Part shown: piece by piece, positions 18,421 to 31,594 of the stretch | How positions within the stretch are numbered: position 1 is the first letter of the stretch | Layout of the letters: every line of letters starts with the position of its first letter | Assembly: GCA_035650735.1 (NCBI GenBank) | Contig: DASRGZ010000119.1 | Location: 1 to 64,000 of the forward strand | Source of the DNA: Chthonomonadaceae bacterium | Lineage (GTDB): Bacteria; Armatimonadota; Chthonomonadetes; Chthonomonadales; Chthonomonadaceae | Length of the DNA stretch: 64,000 nt | Direction: 5' to 3' | Notes under the pieces: model-generated | What the model saw: the letters and a program-made list of their open reading frames with translations, nothing else | Databases searched by the model: none | Told to the model about the DNA's origin: nothing | Made by a program: the position numbers and the translations under genes

Positions 18421-20679
18421 TTACCCTCCAAACGCGATCACTTCGGTATTCCAGGAGAGGCGCCGCGCCTGCGCCGAAGCGATAAGCCGATCACTCTCTA
18501 TCTGCCCGAACGACCAGCGATCTCCTCCGGGAAGGTCTGCCGCCGTCTGCGGGGGCTTCCAGCCCCACCAGGTCAGCACGGGCGCGCCAGGGCGCTCTGC
18601 CTTTCCCACGGTCCACTGCACGGTCACATCCAGCACGGGTTCGTCTTCCGGGCGGTCGCGCTCGATGCCTCTAGCCCATTGCGTTGCGGCCTCCGACGCC
18701 GGGAAAAGAGCGGCATAGCGTACCGGGCGGCTGACGCGCAGAAACGCCATGCAGTAGGCGGCCACGCCGCTATTGGAGTGGACGGGCGCCTCCACAGGCG
18801 TGATCTGGGCCAGCCGGTCGGGGGCCTCATTGCGCAGGAGGGAGCGCAGGCGCACCATCGAGGGCAGAATGTGCGGGTCGTCCTTCGTGCCCTCACGCTG
18901 CGTGGTGAAGCGTCCGGAGGCGAGCAGGCCATCCAGTTCCGCCCTGTCCAGGTCTTGCAGGTGGTCGCGATGGAAGCGGGCCACGTCCGGGTCGCCGAAG
19001 CGCACCCAGCGGTTTGTGTACTGGCGCTCGCCGGTCTGCCTGGGATAGGTCGGACCATCTATCTGCCAGCCGGCAATGTCGCCCCAGAGATTGGTCAGGT
19101 AGACATTGGGCGGCATCTTCTCCGCGCTGTGGATCGGCTGGCGCGCCACAAAGTAGCCGGCCCCGGTGTGCTTGACGACGTGATGTGCCAGCTCGCGGGC
19201 AAAGAGATAGGCGGCGTAGCCGAAGGTCTCCTTATCGCCGACAAACCAGGCCAGCCGCGCCATCGCCAGGGCCGGCGCGGCCTCGTCGCCCATCTCGGCG
19301 ATGGCGTCACGCCCGAACCCGCGCCAGGTACACTCGCGCGGCGTGATGAAAAGCTGCTTGATAAGCGGCCAGCGTGCCTTGATCAGCGCCCAATCGCCGG
19401 TATAGCGGGCGTAGGTCCAGAGCGTCAGGATCGTGTTGGAGCTGAACTTGCCCGCATCGTCGTAGCCGCCCCAGGTGCCGATACCCGGCCCGACCAACAG
19501 CAGTTTGCCCCGGAACGGTTTGTAGCGCGCTGGCTGCAAAACCCAATCGGCGAAGTAGCGATGCAGGCGCGGTCTGGCCTTTGCGACCAGATCGGCGGGC
19601 AGATAGGGTAGGGCGCGGCAGTAGTACTGCGCGCTCATCAAGGCCCAGCAGGTGTTACCGCCGTCCGATTTCTGGGGCGGCGGGTCGGCAAAGCCGGGCG
19701 GGTCGCCGAAGTCCTGATGAAACAGGCCGTCGGGACTGCTGAACGTCTCCGTCATCGCCTTCTGCAGCCGCGCCAGCGCCGCCGCGACCGTCGGGTTGGA
19801 GGTATCCGGCGCTGGCTCCTGCTCCGTCTGCGTGATGTAGTGCAGGATGGGGAAGCGCACCTCGTAGGCGTCCGCGTTCTCTACGCCCATATAAGGCCCG
19901 TAGGCGGTGAACAGGCCGGGGTCTACGAGGGGAGCGGCCTGAGACGCAGAGAGCGCCATCGGCATACGCTTCCCTTGATAGGCCAGCGCCAGCGTAGGGG
20001 AAAGGGGAGCCAGCTTCAGCGGCGGCGTGTTCCAATCGTCGCGCGTAGTCAGCCAGCGGAATCGAGCGCGCAGTACGACGGAATCGGTTTTTGGATCAAT
20101 GCGGAACGCCTCGTCGCAGGCGAGAGGATAGTTCCGCAGGGCGCGCGCCCAGAACCGGCAGCGGTGAATAACCTCCGCCGGCAGTGTCTTGCCCTCCCAG
20201 GCGCGCGTATCAGGCTTGTACAGGCCGTAGAGCGGCAGGAGCGCGACGTAGCCGAGGGCCGAGGAGGCGGAAGCGTGCAGGCCGCTCGCGTCCAGCGTGA
20301 CCGTATCCGGGCGGCGCTGCCACACCACCAGCCAGGGCGAGTCCCAGTGAGTCCAGCCCTTTGCGCCCTGAAACCAGACGAGCATCCAGGGCGCGGCCAG
20401 GCTGCGCCCGGAGAAGGTCAGGCTGCCGCCCGGAGCGACGTGGATAGTCTCCGCGCCCTTCGGCGTCATGCGTGCCAGGTGGCTGGGCGCTCCCAGGCCC
20501 CAGCGCTCCAGGCTGCCGAACAGGGTCAGCCGGTTGCGCGTGGTATGCGCCATAACGGCGGGCGATAGCTCGCTGGTGATAACGGCCAGCGCTTGCGTCT
20601 GCCAGGCGGGCGTCTGCGCGCTCGCTGCCACTCCCGCCAGCACTATCCCCAGAAAGAGCGCCCGGAAGAGAGAACGCAT
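18421..20679 (-). CDS. secreted protein of unknown function (752 aa)
   Basis: Sec signal ending ASA-Q; GGAGG RBS; Trp/Tyr-rich; no family recognised. Confidence 0.75.
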   Translation of the reverse strand: MRSLFRALFLGIVLAGVAASAQTPAWQTQALAVITSELSPAVMAHTTRNRLTLFGSLERWGLGAPSHLARMTPKGAETIHVAPGGSLTFSGRSLAAPWMLVWFQGAKGWTHWDSPWLVVWQRRPDTVTLDASGLHASASSALGYVALLPLYGLYKPDTRAWEGKTLPAEVIHRCRFWARALRNYPLACDEAFRIDPKTDSVVLRARFRWLTTRDDWNTPPLKLAPLSPTLALAYQGKRMPMALSASQAAPLVDPGLFTAYGPYMGVENADAYEVRFPILHYITQTEQEPAPDTSNPTVAAALARLQKAMTETFSSPDGLFHQDFGDPPGFADPPPQKSDGGNTCWALMSAQYYCRALPYLPADLVAKARPRLHRYFADWVLQPARYKPFRGKLLLVGPGIGTWGGYDDAGKFSSNTILTLWTYARYTGDWALIKARWPLIKQLFITPRECTWRGFGRDAIAEMGDEAAPALAMARLAWFVGDKETFGYAAYLFARELAHHVVKHTGAGYFVARQPIHSAEKMPPNVYLTNLWGDIAGWQIDGPTYPRQTGERQYTNRWVRFGDPDVARFHRDHLQDLDRAELDGLLASGRFTTQREGTKDDPHILPSMVRLRSLLRNEAPDRLAQITPVEAPVHSNSGVAAYCMAFLRVSRPVRYAALFPASEAATQWARGIERDRPEDEPVLDVTVQWTVGKAERPGAPVLTWWGWKPPQTAADLPGGDRWSFGQIESDRLIASAQARRLSWNTEVIAFGG

Positions 20680-20760
20680 CGTATCGGCTCAACCCTCCTT
20701 TAGAGCCTATTCCGACAGGGAGGTATTCCCATCCCGGCAAAGCGCTAAGGGAAGAAGCTC

Positions 20761-21657
20761 TTAGCTGCGATTGGGGACGCGCCAGTTGGCGTGCCAGCGG
20801 GATTCGGGAGGCGGCCCCTCGCGTCCCTGCCAGTCGTTCTGCATGGTGAGGAAAGTTGGCAGAGCGGGTCGGACGAGGGTGTCCCACAGCCGCTCTACAT
20901 CCTCAAAAGTACGCAGCGTGTGGCGCGGCTGTTCACGGTCGTAGGCCGCCAGCAGTTCCCGCGCCTTCTCGCCAAGAGAGCGCACTTCGTCAGCAACCAT
21001 GCGCTCTCCCACCTTCCGATTGGACTCGCGGGCGTTAGGTCCCATCGCAAAATGCGGGCCGGGCGCATCGGGCGGCGGGATGCGCGAGACATCCACGCAC
21101 TCCGGACGCACGGCCCAGAGCAGGGAGGTCTCTACCTTGCCCGCATGGTCGCCGCCGCTCTTGTTGTCGTTATCGAAGCCGGGCTGGTTGGCCTCAAAGT
21201 CGGGCAGGCCGTAGAGGCGCGTGCCGACATGGGGCTGAATCATCTCCAGCAACGTCTTGAGGTCCTGCCAGTTGGGGCCGTAGTGCCCGGTGAGGAAGAT
21301 CGCGGCATGAAAGCCAAGCACGTCGGCCATACGGACATGGTAGCAGACGTTCTTGAAGTGCTGCCAGGGCGGCATACAGGTCAGCCACGTCCGCTCTACC
21401 TGCCCCACCGTCTGCTCGGCCCAGATGGCGTAACCGCCTAATTCGTGGATGTGCCAGTAGTCGGGGGGCGCTACAATGCCGCCGTGCGCCTGTGCGGCCT
21501 GGCAGGCGATGGCATGGGCTTTGAGCGCATCCAGCCCCACGGCGTTCTGCGGGCCGTGCGGTTCGCACAGGCCATAGGGAAAGTAGACCAGCGGGCATTC
21601 GGCAAACGCCTGCTCCAATTCGTCCGGGAACATCTGCTCCCAGCAGACTTTGCGCAT
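20761..21657 (-). CDS. creatininase/creatinine amidohydrolase family protein
   Basis: EPHG...GLD, GHYGPN, DHAGKVETS metal-binding motifs. Confidence 0.85.
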   Translation of the reverse strand: MRKVCWEQMFPDELEQAFAECPLVYFPYGLCEPHGPQNAVGLDALKAHAIACQAAQAHGGIVAPPDYWHIHELGGYAIWAEQTVGQVERTWLTCMPPWQHFKNVCYHVRMADVLGFHAAIFLTGHYGPNWQDLKTLLEMIQPHVGTRLYGLPDFEANQPGFDNDNKSGGDHAGKVETSLLWAVRPECVDVSRIPPPDAPGPHFAMGPNARESNRKVGERMVADEVRSLGEKARELLAAYDREQPRHTLRTFEDVERLWDTLVRPALPTFLTMQNDWQGREGPPPESRWHANWRVPNRS

Positions 21658-21841
21658 CGGCTTACTCCTTACCTACGCCGTATCGAGATGGTGACAACGC
21701 AAGACGTTCGGAGTTGTTACGTCTTCTGGTCACGGGCCACTAGCAGCTCATCGTATCAAGATGGTGGACAACGCGAGGCGCTCGGTGTCGTTTCGGTAGA
21801 GATGTGGTCAGGTTCGCGCTTGTCGGGGTGTTTTCCTCCTG

Positions 21842-22672
21842 TCAATGCGTGTTGGTATGCAGGCGGGAATAGAGACGACGGAAGGCGAGGGGGGTGACGC
21901 CTTCCTGACGCTTGAACAGCCGCCGAAAATAGCCTGCTTCGCTGAATCCGCACACGCGCGCGATCTCATCCACGTTGCGGTCGTCGTCCAGTAGGAGTTG
22001 GCGCGCGAAATGAAGGCGGCGGCGCTGGATAGCTTCCGTCAGCGTCTGTCCATAGACCTCTCGGAAAATCCGGCTGAGGTAATTTGCATTGCACCCCAGG
22101 CTCTCTGCCACGCCCGAGGGGGTGATCGGCTCGTGAAAATGGGTGCGGATATAGGCGTCTGCGCGCCCGGCGAGACGGGTCGAAGCGCTCTCCCTGACGT
22201 CGCCGGCAGAGCGGGAACGCGCTACCTCGCACAGCATCAGCATCACAAGCAGACTGGCGGAGTTCGCATCCAATGCGCCGGACTCTTGATCGTCCAGGAA
22301 CCGGCGGAAAAGCTCGGTCATGTGATCCGGACGGCTGAGGGCCACATGCTGAGAGACCGTCAGGTCCGGCGGGCTGGCATGGGAGGGTACGCCCTGAAGC
22401 GTGAAATGGACCCAATAGAAGGCCAGATCAGGAGGAAACGGAGCGGTTCCCCAGTGACGGCGCTTCGGCCACAGCAGCAACGACTGGCCGGCGCTGACCT
22501 CAAAGCGACGCTCTTCTTCCTGGATGGCTAGTATTCCCTTTCGCACGAAGATCAACTCGTGCGAAGCGATCCGCCGATCCGGATGGCGGCCCTGGCCTCG
22601 CGACACAAAGAGGCCGCCATTCTGCGCCTTGAGCGCCAATCCCATCCTGACCATCAACACATCGCGTTCCAC
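21842..22672 (-). CDS. AraC family transcriptional regulator
   Basis: Cupin-like N-terminus; YLSRIFR...IARVCGFSEAGYFRRLFKRQEGVTP. Confidence 0.92.
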   Translation of the reverse strand: MERDVLMVRMGLALKAQNGGLFVSRGQGRHPDRRIASHELIFVRKGILAIQEEERRFEVSAGQSLLLWPKRRHWGTAPFPPDLAFYWVHFTLQGVPSHASPPDLTVSQHVALSRPDHMTELFRRFLDDQESGALDANSASLLVMLMLCEVARSRSAGDVRESASTRLAGRADAYIRTHFHEPITPSGVAESLGCNANYLSRIFREVYGQTLTEAIQRRRLHFARQLLLDDDRNVDEIARVCGFSEAGYFRRLFKRQEGVTPLAFRRLYSRLHTNTH

Positions 22673-22982
22673 CGGAGGCTCCTAATCTCTTGTGCGACTT
22701 CTGTGCCCACGTAAAAGTGTAAATTGTCCCGTTTTTCTATGGGTTTCTCATCTTGCGACGACGATAGAGCCGTGTTAATATGTATCACACACGCGACCGG
22801 AGAGGAGGGAGATTTGGCAGGCCAAGGTCGCGCTTTACCCCGGTTTGAGCCAGCGTTGACTCACTCTCGTCATCTGGGGGTAGCTTTACCCGACGTATCT
22901 GTTATTCATGACGTACTGGCTTTTTCCTCTCCCAAAACTTCCGGAGTGACGTCCGGAGTTGATGCGAAAGGGGGTATCTGCT

Positions 22983-23858
22983 ATGTACCGGTGGAAGACC
23001 GAACGGGCCGGTTTCACGCTGATCGAATTGCTTGTCGTGATCGCCATAATCGCGATCCTTGCCGCCATTCTCTTCCCTGTCTTTGCCCAGGCGCGCGAGA
23101 AAGCGCGCCAGACAACCTGCCTGTCCAATCTCAAGCAGATCGGCATGGGCAGTATGATGTACGTACAGGACTACGACGAAACCTACTTTTGCGGGTGGAA
23201 TTGGGGAGCGCCCATCGAGGCGACCGGAACCCAGATCTGGCGCGTGACGATTCTGCCCTATGTGAAGATGGGCGGGAAGGTACCGATGACGACGGACGAC
23301 GTCTACGATGCCAAAATCCCGACCGTGCCGCTCTTCTCCTGCCCGGACACGAGCAACCTGGCAAAGACGAGCTACGGCTACAACCTCAACGAGTTCACGA
23401 CCGGATGGAATTCTCCTCCCTTCTTCGCAGGCAAGTCCATGGCCTCCATCAATTCCCCGGCCCAACTGGTGCTGTTTGCCGATGCCGCCTCCGTATCGGA
23501 TTCGATGTCTCGCGATCCCTACTTCCACGACGGCGATGGACAATGCGATCTGAACAATCCGAACCAGGTTGCCTGCGGCCCCTACCGGTATAACCCGGTC
23601 ATCTGGAAGCCCAACACCGGCCCAGACTCAGGCACCTGGGGTAGCTGCGACTCCAATCTGTCTGTGCCGGGCGATGAGCTGCCGGGAGGCGGCGGCAGCG
23701 ACTGGGAGATAAACGGCGCGCGTCGCCCGATCTTCATCCACAACGAGCATACCGACGCCGCCTTTGCAGACGGACACGTCAAATCGCTCTCGGTGGGTAC
23801 GTTTAAAGTGCCGTACGGCGCTCCGGACGATCTGTGGCACAACGCACGCCGGCAGTAA
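22983..23858 (+). CDS. prepilin-type N-methyl-Phe / DUF1559-like protein with H-X9-DG motif
   Basis: G^[39 protein letters not shown], exact [13 protein letters not shown]. Confidence 0.92.
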   Translation: MYRWKTERAGFTLIELLVVIAIIAILAAILFPVFAQAREKARQTTCLSNLKQIGMGSMMYVQDYDETYFCGWNWGAPIEATGTQIWRVTILPYVKMGGKVPMTTDDVYDAKIPTVPLFSCPDTSNLAKTSYGYNLNEFTTGWNSPPFFAGKSMASINSPAQLVLFADAASVSDSMSRDPYFHDGDGQCDLNNPNQVACGPYRYNPVIWKPNTGPDSGTWGSCDSNLSVPGDELPGGGGSDWEINGARRPIFIHNEHTDAAFADGHVKSLSVGTFKVPYGAPDDLWHNARRQ

Positions 23859-23885
23859 GCCTTCTCGGCGGTTAGATGTTAGATA

Positions 23886-26096
23886 ATGAAACGCTTCTCC
23901 TGGCGAGGAAGAACGTCGAGGCGGCGACCGATGGTCGCTGCCGCCGTGCTGCTCACGACCGCCGCCGTGCTGCTGGCGGCGCGGTCGCTGACGTATGCCG
24001 GGTGGTACCAGAACTGGCTATATGCCCGGATGCCTCTCGAACGACTGGCGGCGGAGGCGCGAAAGCAGCCGGGCAACCCCGTCCTGCTCTACCATTACGG
24101 GAAGGCGCTCAACGCAAAGGGGCGGTTTGCGGAGGCCCTTGTCCCGCTGGAACAGGCCGCAGGGCTGGACCCCGACGACCCGCGCATACGGGGCGAATGG
24201 TCCCTGGCACAGCTGGCCGGAGGCTACATCACAGGGGCGTTCGGGCAGTTGACCCAATTTGTCCATACGCATCCCGACTCCGCCCTGGGACATATGCTGC
24301 TGGGGCGATTCTACGTAGCGCAAAAGTCCTACATCCGCGCTATCGAGGAGCTGGAACGGGCGGTGCGCCTCGATCCCCATCGGGGCGAGGCATGGTCGCT
24401 GCTGGCGGGCGCGCGCTTGCAGATGGGCGGCTTCGTGTCGGCGCGGGATGCGGCCCGCCAGGCCGTGGCGCTTCGCCCGGACAGCGCCGTAGACCACATG
24501 CTGCTGGCCTCCTTGCTCCAGGCGACCAACGATTGGACGGGGGCGCGGCAGGAGTATGCCAGAGCCGCCGCGCTCTCCCCGAACGATCCGGGCTATCTGC
24601 GCGAGTACGCCCATTTCTTGCTGAAAGGCAGCGCTCCGAAAGATATGGCGCTGGCCGAGCAGTTGACGCGCCGCGCGGTCGCCCTGGACCCGTACACGCC
24701 TGCCGCGTACTACGATCTGGGGCGGGCGCTGGTGCGGGCAGGCAAAATCGCTGAGGCCATCGGCCCGCTGGAGACCGCCGCCTCCCTGCTGCCGCTCGGA
24801 ACGCCGCGCTCCACCCTCGCCGCCAACGCGCCGGAGCTGTTTCTGGACCCGGTGCCGGCCCGGGAGCTGGCGCGCGCATACCGGCGGCTGGGCCGGATAA
24901 AAGAGGCCGAATCCTGGCAGCGTATGTATCTCCGACGTCAACAGTTGGTGGACGAGGAGCGGCGCCTGAATGACGCCATTGTGATCCATCCGGAAGAGCG
25001 GGAACTGCGGCGTCGGATGGCCCTTCTCCTGGCCCGCCGGGGAGACGTCGAGGGGACCGCAAAGAACTTCGCCGAGACGCTGAAGAGCGCGCCGGACTCG
25101 CCGAAGGTGCTGGTCGCGACCGCAGACGCGCTCTCTACGGCGGGATACGGCTCACTGGCCGTGCCGCTCGCCCGGCGTGCCGTCACCTTCAGCCCGTCCA
25201 GCCCGGCGGCCTACGAAGCCTGGGGCAACGGACTTTTGGCGATGGGCCGGGCGCACGAAGCCGCGCTCAAGTACGCCAAAGCGGCGGGCTGGTCGTCGCA
25301 GAAGATTCCGCTTTACCGGCGCAAGATCGCCGCGTATTACCGGCAGCGTCGGCAGCACCCGACCGAGGCGGAGAGGCTCTATCAGCAAGCGCTCGATCTG
25401 GATCGCGTCCGGATGGGGCTGCCCTACAACATTGATGAGGTCAAGGCGCGGCTGCTGCGCGCCGTGGCCCTGGAGCCGGAAAATACCGACTATCGCCGTC
25501 ATCTGCTGCGGGTGCTCGTGCGCCGGCACGAGCTTCCGGAGGCCGAGCAGGCCGCTCGCGCGCTGCTGGCTCTCTCGCCGGAGGACGGGCTGGGCCATGC
25601 CATGCTGGCGGTGATCCGGCTGGAGAAGGCCAATTCGGAAGCGGACCTGCGGGAAATCCAGGCGCATCTCAAGGCGGCGGCGGAGGACGCTTCCGTGCTG
25701 CCGACCGTCCACTACGCGCAGGGTGTCCTGGCGCTGCGTCGGCAGCAAGCGCAGGAGGCGGTGCGCCTGCTGTGCCGCTCCGCGGCGGAAGAACCGGCGG
25801 ACCGGACCTATTATCTGTTGGCGCAGGCGGAGCGCATGGCCGGGCACACGGCGGAGGCCGCGCGGATCATGACGCAGCTCTCCGCCCGTCTGGAGCGCGA
25901 CAAGCAGGCCATCGAGCTCATGAAGCGCATTGCGGCGCGGCCTGAGGACCGACGGCGCTATGCGGAGGCGATTCGGTTTTATGCTCAACACGGTATGAAG
26001 GCACAGGCCGCCGCCGTCGAGACGGCGATGCGCGAACGCACCGTCCAGGCGGAAGAGGAGAAAGGGCGCAGAGAGAAGAAAAGGAGCAGACAATGA
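23886..26096 (+). CDS. membrane-anchored TPR protein (736 aa, apparently duplicated module)
   Basis: N-terminal TM and many TPR-like repeats. Confidence 0.85.
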   Translation: MKRFSWRGRTSRRRPMVAAAVLLTTAAVLLAARSLTYAGWYQNWLYARMPLERLAAEARKQPGNPVLLYHYGKALNAKGRFAEALVPLEQAAGLDPDDPRIRGEWSLAQLAGGYITGAFGQLTQFVHTHPDSALGHMLLGRFYVAQKSYIRAIEELERAVRLDPHRGEAWSLLAGARLQMGGFVSARDAARQAVALRPDSAVDHMLLASLLQATNDWTGARQEYARAAALSPNDPGYLREYAHFLLKGSAPKDMALAEQLTRRAVALDPYTPAAYYDLGRALVRAGKIAEAIGPLETAASLLPLGTPRSTLAANAPELFLDPVPARELARAYRRLGRIKEAESWQRMYLRRQQLVDEERRLNDAIVIHPEERELRRRMALLLARRGDVEGTAKNFAETLKSAPDSPKVLVATADALSTAGYGSLAVPLARRAVTFSPSSPAAYEAWGNGLLAMGRAHEAALKYAKAAGWSSQKIPLYRRKIAAYYRQRRQHPTEAERLYQQALDLDRVRMGLPYNIDEVKARLLRAVALEPENTDYRRHLLRVLVRRHELPEAEQAARALLALSPEDGLGHAMLAVIRLEKANSEADLREIQAHLKAAAEDASVLPTVHYAQGVLALRRQQAQEAVRLLCRSAAEEPADRTYYLLAQAERMAGHTAEAARIMTQLSARLERDKQAIELMKRIAARPEDRRRYAEAIRFYAQHGMKAQAAAVETAMRERTVQAEEEKGRREKKRSRQ

Positions 26097-26338
26097 AGCG
26101 GAATGCCAGTCCGGTCTTCATCGTGGTGGCCGCGGTAGTGCTGGTCGGGTTTCTGGTCGTTTTGTATCGGCATTTCTTCCCGCCGCTGCCGCCAGCCGAC
26201 ACCGAGAACCCCCAGAAGATGCCGGGCTATGCCAAGCAAGCCATGGAGTTTATCAAGAACCACAAGCCGGGCGAGCCGCTTCCCCCCGGGATGCCGGGGC
26301 AGGCTGCGCCATCCCCGCAGGGAGCGCCAGGGCGGTAG
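26093..26338 (+). CDS. small single-TM Pro-rich protein
   Basis: ATGA overlap with the TPR stop; AGGAG RBS; PVFIVVAAVVLVGFLVVLY followed by a Pro-rich tail. Confidence 0.75.
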   Translation: MKRNASPVFIVVAAVVLVGFLVVLYRHFFPPLPPADTENPQKMPGYAKQAMEFIKNHKPGEPLPPGMPGQAAPSPQGAPGR

Positions 26339-26494
26339 GCCCCATAGCAGCAGGGTTGAGCCTGATGCCAAAATAAAGAGAGCTTCTCGAGGAAAGGGGT
26401 AGACACTCCCAGCCGTGTGGATCAATCTTATGCAGCCTGCTGCTGAGGAGATACGTCAACACCGTTGGGAGGGATTACCAGGAAAGGAGCGTTC

Positions 26495-29092
<2,598 letters not shown>

Positions 29093-29129
29093 CCCTCGGT
29101 CTCCGCCCAGGAGGAAAGCAGCAATCCCT

Positions 29130-31493
29130 ATGAAGGTAAGTGTACTCATGGCATGGATATTTTGTGCCGCGACGGTCGCAGCGGGCCAGGCGGCCTGTTC
29201 TGACATGGTGGAGAAAGTCAAGCCCGTGATACCCATCAAGGCGCAGCCCTTCAGCCTGCGCGACGTTCGGCTCCTGGACGGGCCGTTCAAGCACGCCCAG
29301 GAGCTAGATCGCCGCTATCTTTTGAGCCTCGACCCGGAGCGGCTTCTGCACAACTTCCGCGTCAACGCCGGGCTGCCCTCCTCCGCCCGACCCCTGGGCG
29401 GCTGGGAAGCGCCAGACTGCGAGCTGCGCGGCCACTTCGTGGGCCACTACCTCTCCGCCTGCGCCCGCATGTATGCCAGCACGGGCGATGCGAAGCTCAA
29501 GAAGAACGCCGAGTACGTGGTCGCGGAATTGGCGAAGTGCCAGCAGGCGCTCGGCAGCGGATATCTGAGCGCCTTTCCGGAGACGTTTCTCGACCGCGTG
29601 GAGGCCCGCCAGCGCGTCTGGGCGCCCTGGTACACCCTGCACAAGATCCTGGCCGGGCTGCTGGACGTGTATCTCTACTGCGGCGACAAACAGGCGCTGG
29701 AGGTCGCCGAGCGGTTTGCGCAGTGGGCGAAGCGGCGCACGGATCGGCTGAGCGACGAGCAGATGCAGGCCATGCTGGGCACGGAGCATGGCGGCATGAA
29801 CGAGGCGCTGGCCAACCTCTACGCCCTCACCGGAAAGCAGGACTACCTGGCGCTGGCGCAGCGGTTCAACCACCATGCCGTCCTCGATCCGCTCGCTCGC
29901 GGCGAGGATCATCTGACGGGCCTGCACGCCAATACCCAGATTCCCAAGGTGATCGGCGCGGCGCGCGAGTACGAACTGACCGGCGATCCCGCAATGCACG
30001 CCATCGCCGACTTTTTCTGGAACGTCGTCACGAAAGAGCGCTCGTATGTCATCGGCGGGCACAGCGACGGCGAGAGTTTTTCCCCGAAGGAGCATCTTTC
30101 TCAGTATCTCAGCGCGCACACCACCGAGACCTGCAACACCTACAACATGCTCAAGCTGACCCGCCATCTCTTTCTGTGGGACCCGAAGGCGGAGTACGCC
30201 GACTATTACGAGCGTGCGCTCTACAACCACATCCTGGCCTCGCAGAATCCCAAGGACGGGATGATGTGCTACTACGTGCCGCTGCGCTCCGGCTCCCACA
30301 AGGTCTTCAGCACGCCCGACGACTCCTTCTGGTGCTGCACGGGCACGGGCGTGGAGAACCACGCCCAGTACGGCGACAGCCTCTACTTCCATGATGATAC
30401 GAGCCTCTACGTCAATCTCTTTATCGCTTCGGAACTGACCTGGAAGGAGAAGGGAGTCCTCCTGCGGCAGGAGACGCGCTTCCCGGAGGAGGAGACGACC
30501 CGCCTCGTCTTCACCTGCGAGAAGCCGGTGGAGATGGCGCTGCGCATCCGGCATCCGTTCTGGGCCGGCTCCGGCTTCCGCGTGCGGGTGAACGGCACGC
30601 CGGAGGCGGTCGAGAGCGCGCCCGGCAGCTACGCGGTCATCGCCCGGCATTGGAGGAGCGGCGATACGGTCGAAGTCTCCCTGCCGATGTCCCTGCGCAC
30701 CGAGGCGTTCCGCGACAATCCCCATCGGTTGGCCTTTCTCTACGGGCCGATCGTGCTTTGCGGCGAGGTAGACGCGAAACGGCCGGCCCCGGCCATCGTC
30801 AGCGACAACGGCCGAATACTGGCCGACCTGAAACCGGAGGCCGGCACGCCGCTCCGTTTCACCGGTTCGCCGCGCCTCTTCCATGTTCCCGGCGCGTCAG
30901 AAGGCCAACCGATGCTTCTGGGGCCGTTCTATCGAATGGCGGACAAGAGCTACGCCGTCTACTTCGACGTGTTGACCCCGGAGCAGTGGCAGGAGAAACG
31001 GAAGGAATACGAGGCCGAGCAGGCGCGGCTGCGGGAGATCGCGGCCCGCCGGGTGGATTCGGTCGAGCCGGGAGAGCCAGAAAGCGAGCGGGAACACAAG
31101 TTTGCGGGGGAAACGACCTATGCGGGCGACTTCGGGGATCGGCATTGGCGGGACGCCCGACTCGGCGGCTGGTTCGCCTACGAGCTGAAGGTGCTGCCCG
31201 ATACGCCGCAGGAACTGGTCTGCACCTACTGGGGCAGCGACGCCGGGCGAGAGTTCGACGTGCTGGTGGATGGCATGAAGATCGCGATGGTGCGGCTGAC
31301 CAACGCGCATCCGGGCCACTTCTACGACGAAATCTACCCACTCCCGCCGGACCTGCTGCGCGGCAAGGAGACGATCACCGTCCGCTTCCAGGGCCATCCG
31401 GGCCGCTCGGCGGGCGGCGTGTTCGGATGTATGATCCTACGGCAGCGCTCCACCGCGGCGCCACCGCCTGCAATCTCTGGAACCGCCCGATGA
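29130..31493 (+). CDS. GH127/GH146-type beta-L-arabinofuranosidase-like glycosidase
   Basis: LRGHFVGHYLSA, HANTQIPK, ETCNTYNMLKL, WCCTGTGVENH; signal peptide. Confidence 0.88.
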   Translation: MKVSVLMAWIFCAATVAAGQAACSDMVEKVKPVIPIKAQPFSLRDVRLLDGPFKHAQELDRRYLLSLDPERLLHNFRVNAGLPSSARPLGGWEAPDCELRGHFVGHYLSACARMYASTGDAKLKKNAEYVVAELAKCQQALGSGYLSAFPETFLDRVEARQRVWAPWYTLHKILAGLLDVYLYCGDKQALEVAERFAQWAKRRTDRLSDEQMQAMLGTEHGGMNEALANLYALTGKQDYLALAQRFNHHAVLDPLARGEDHLTGLHANTQIPKVIGAAREYELTGDPAMHAIADFFWNVVTKERSYVIGGHSDGESFSPKEHLSQYLSAHTTETCNTYNMLKLTRHLFLWDPKAEYADYYERALYNHILASQNPKDGMMCYYVPLRSGSHKVFSTPDDSFWCCTGTGVENHAQYGDSLYFHDDTSLYVNLFIASELTWKEKGVLLRQETRFPEEETTRLVFTCEKPVEMALRIRHPFWAGSGFRVRVNGTPEAVESAPGSYAVIARHWRSGDTVEVSLPMSLRTEAFRDNPHRLAFLYGPIVLCGEVDAKRPAPAIVSDNGRILADLKPEAGTPLRFTGSPRLFHVPGASEGQPMLLGPFYRMADKSYAVYFDVLTPEQWQEKRKEYEAEQARLREIAARRVDSVEPGEPESEREHKFAGETTYAGDFGDRHWRDARLGGWFAYELKVLPDTPQELVCTYWGSDAGREFDVLVDGMKIAMVRLTNAHPGHFYDEIYPLPPDLLRGKETITVRFQGHPGRSAGGVFGCMILRQRSTAAPPPAISGTAR

Positions 31494-31594
31494 CCGCCTA
31501 CAACCACTAGTTAGGCGACGCGGGCAAGATCAGGAACAACGGTAAGGAGGGCAGCTTTCTTGCCACAGCGGTCGGTTGGGGTGCAAAGCGGAGC

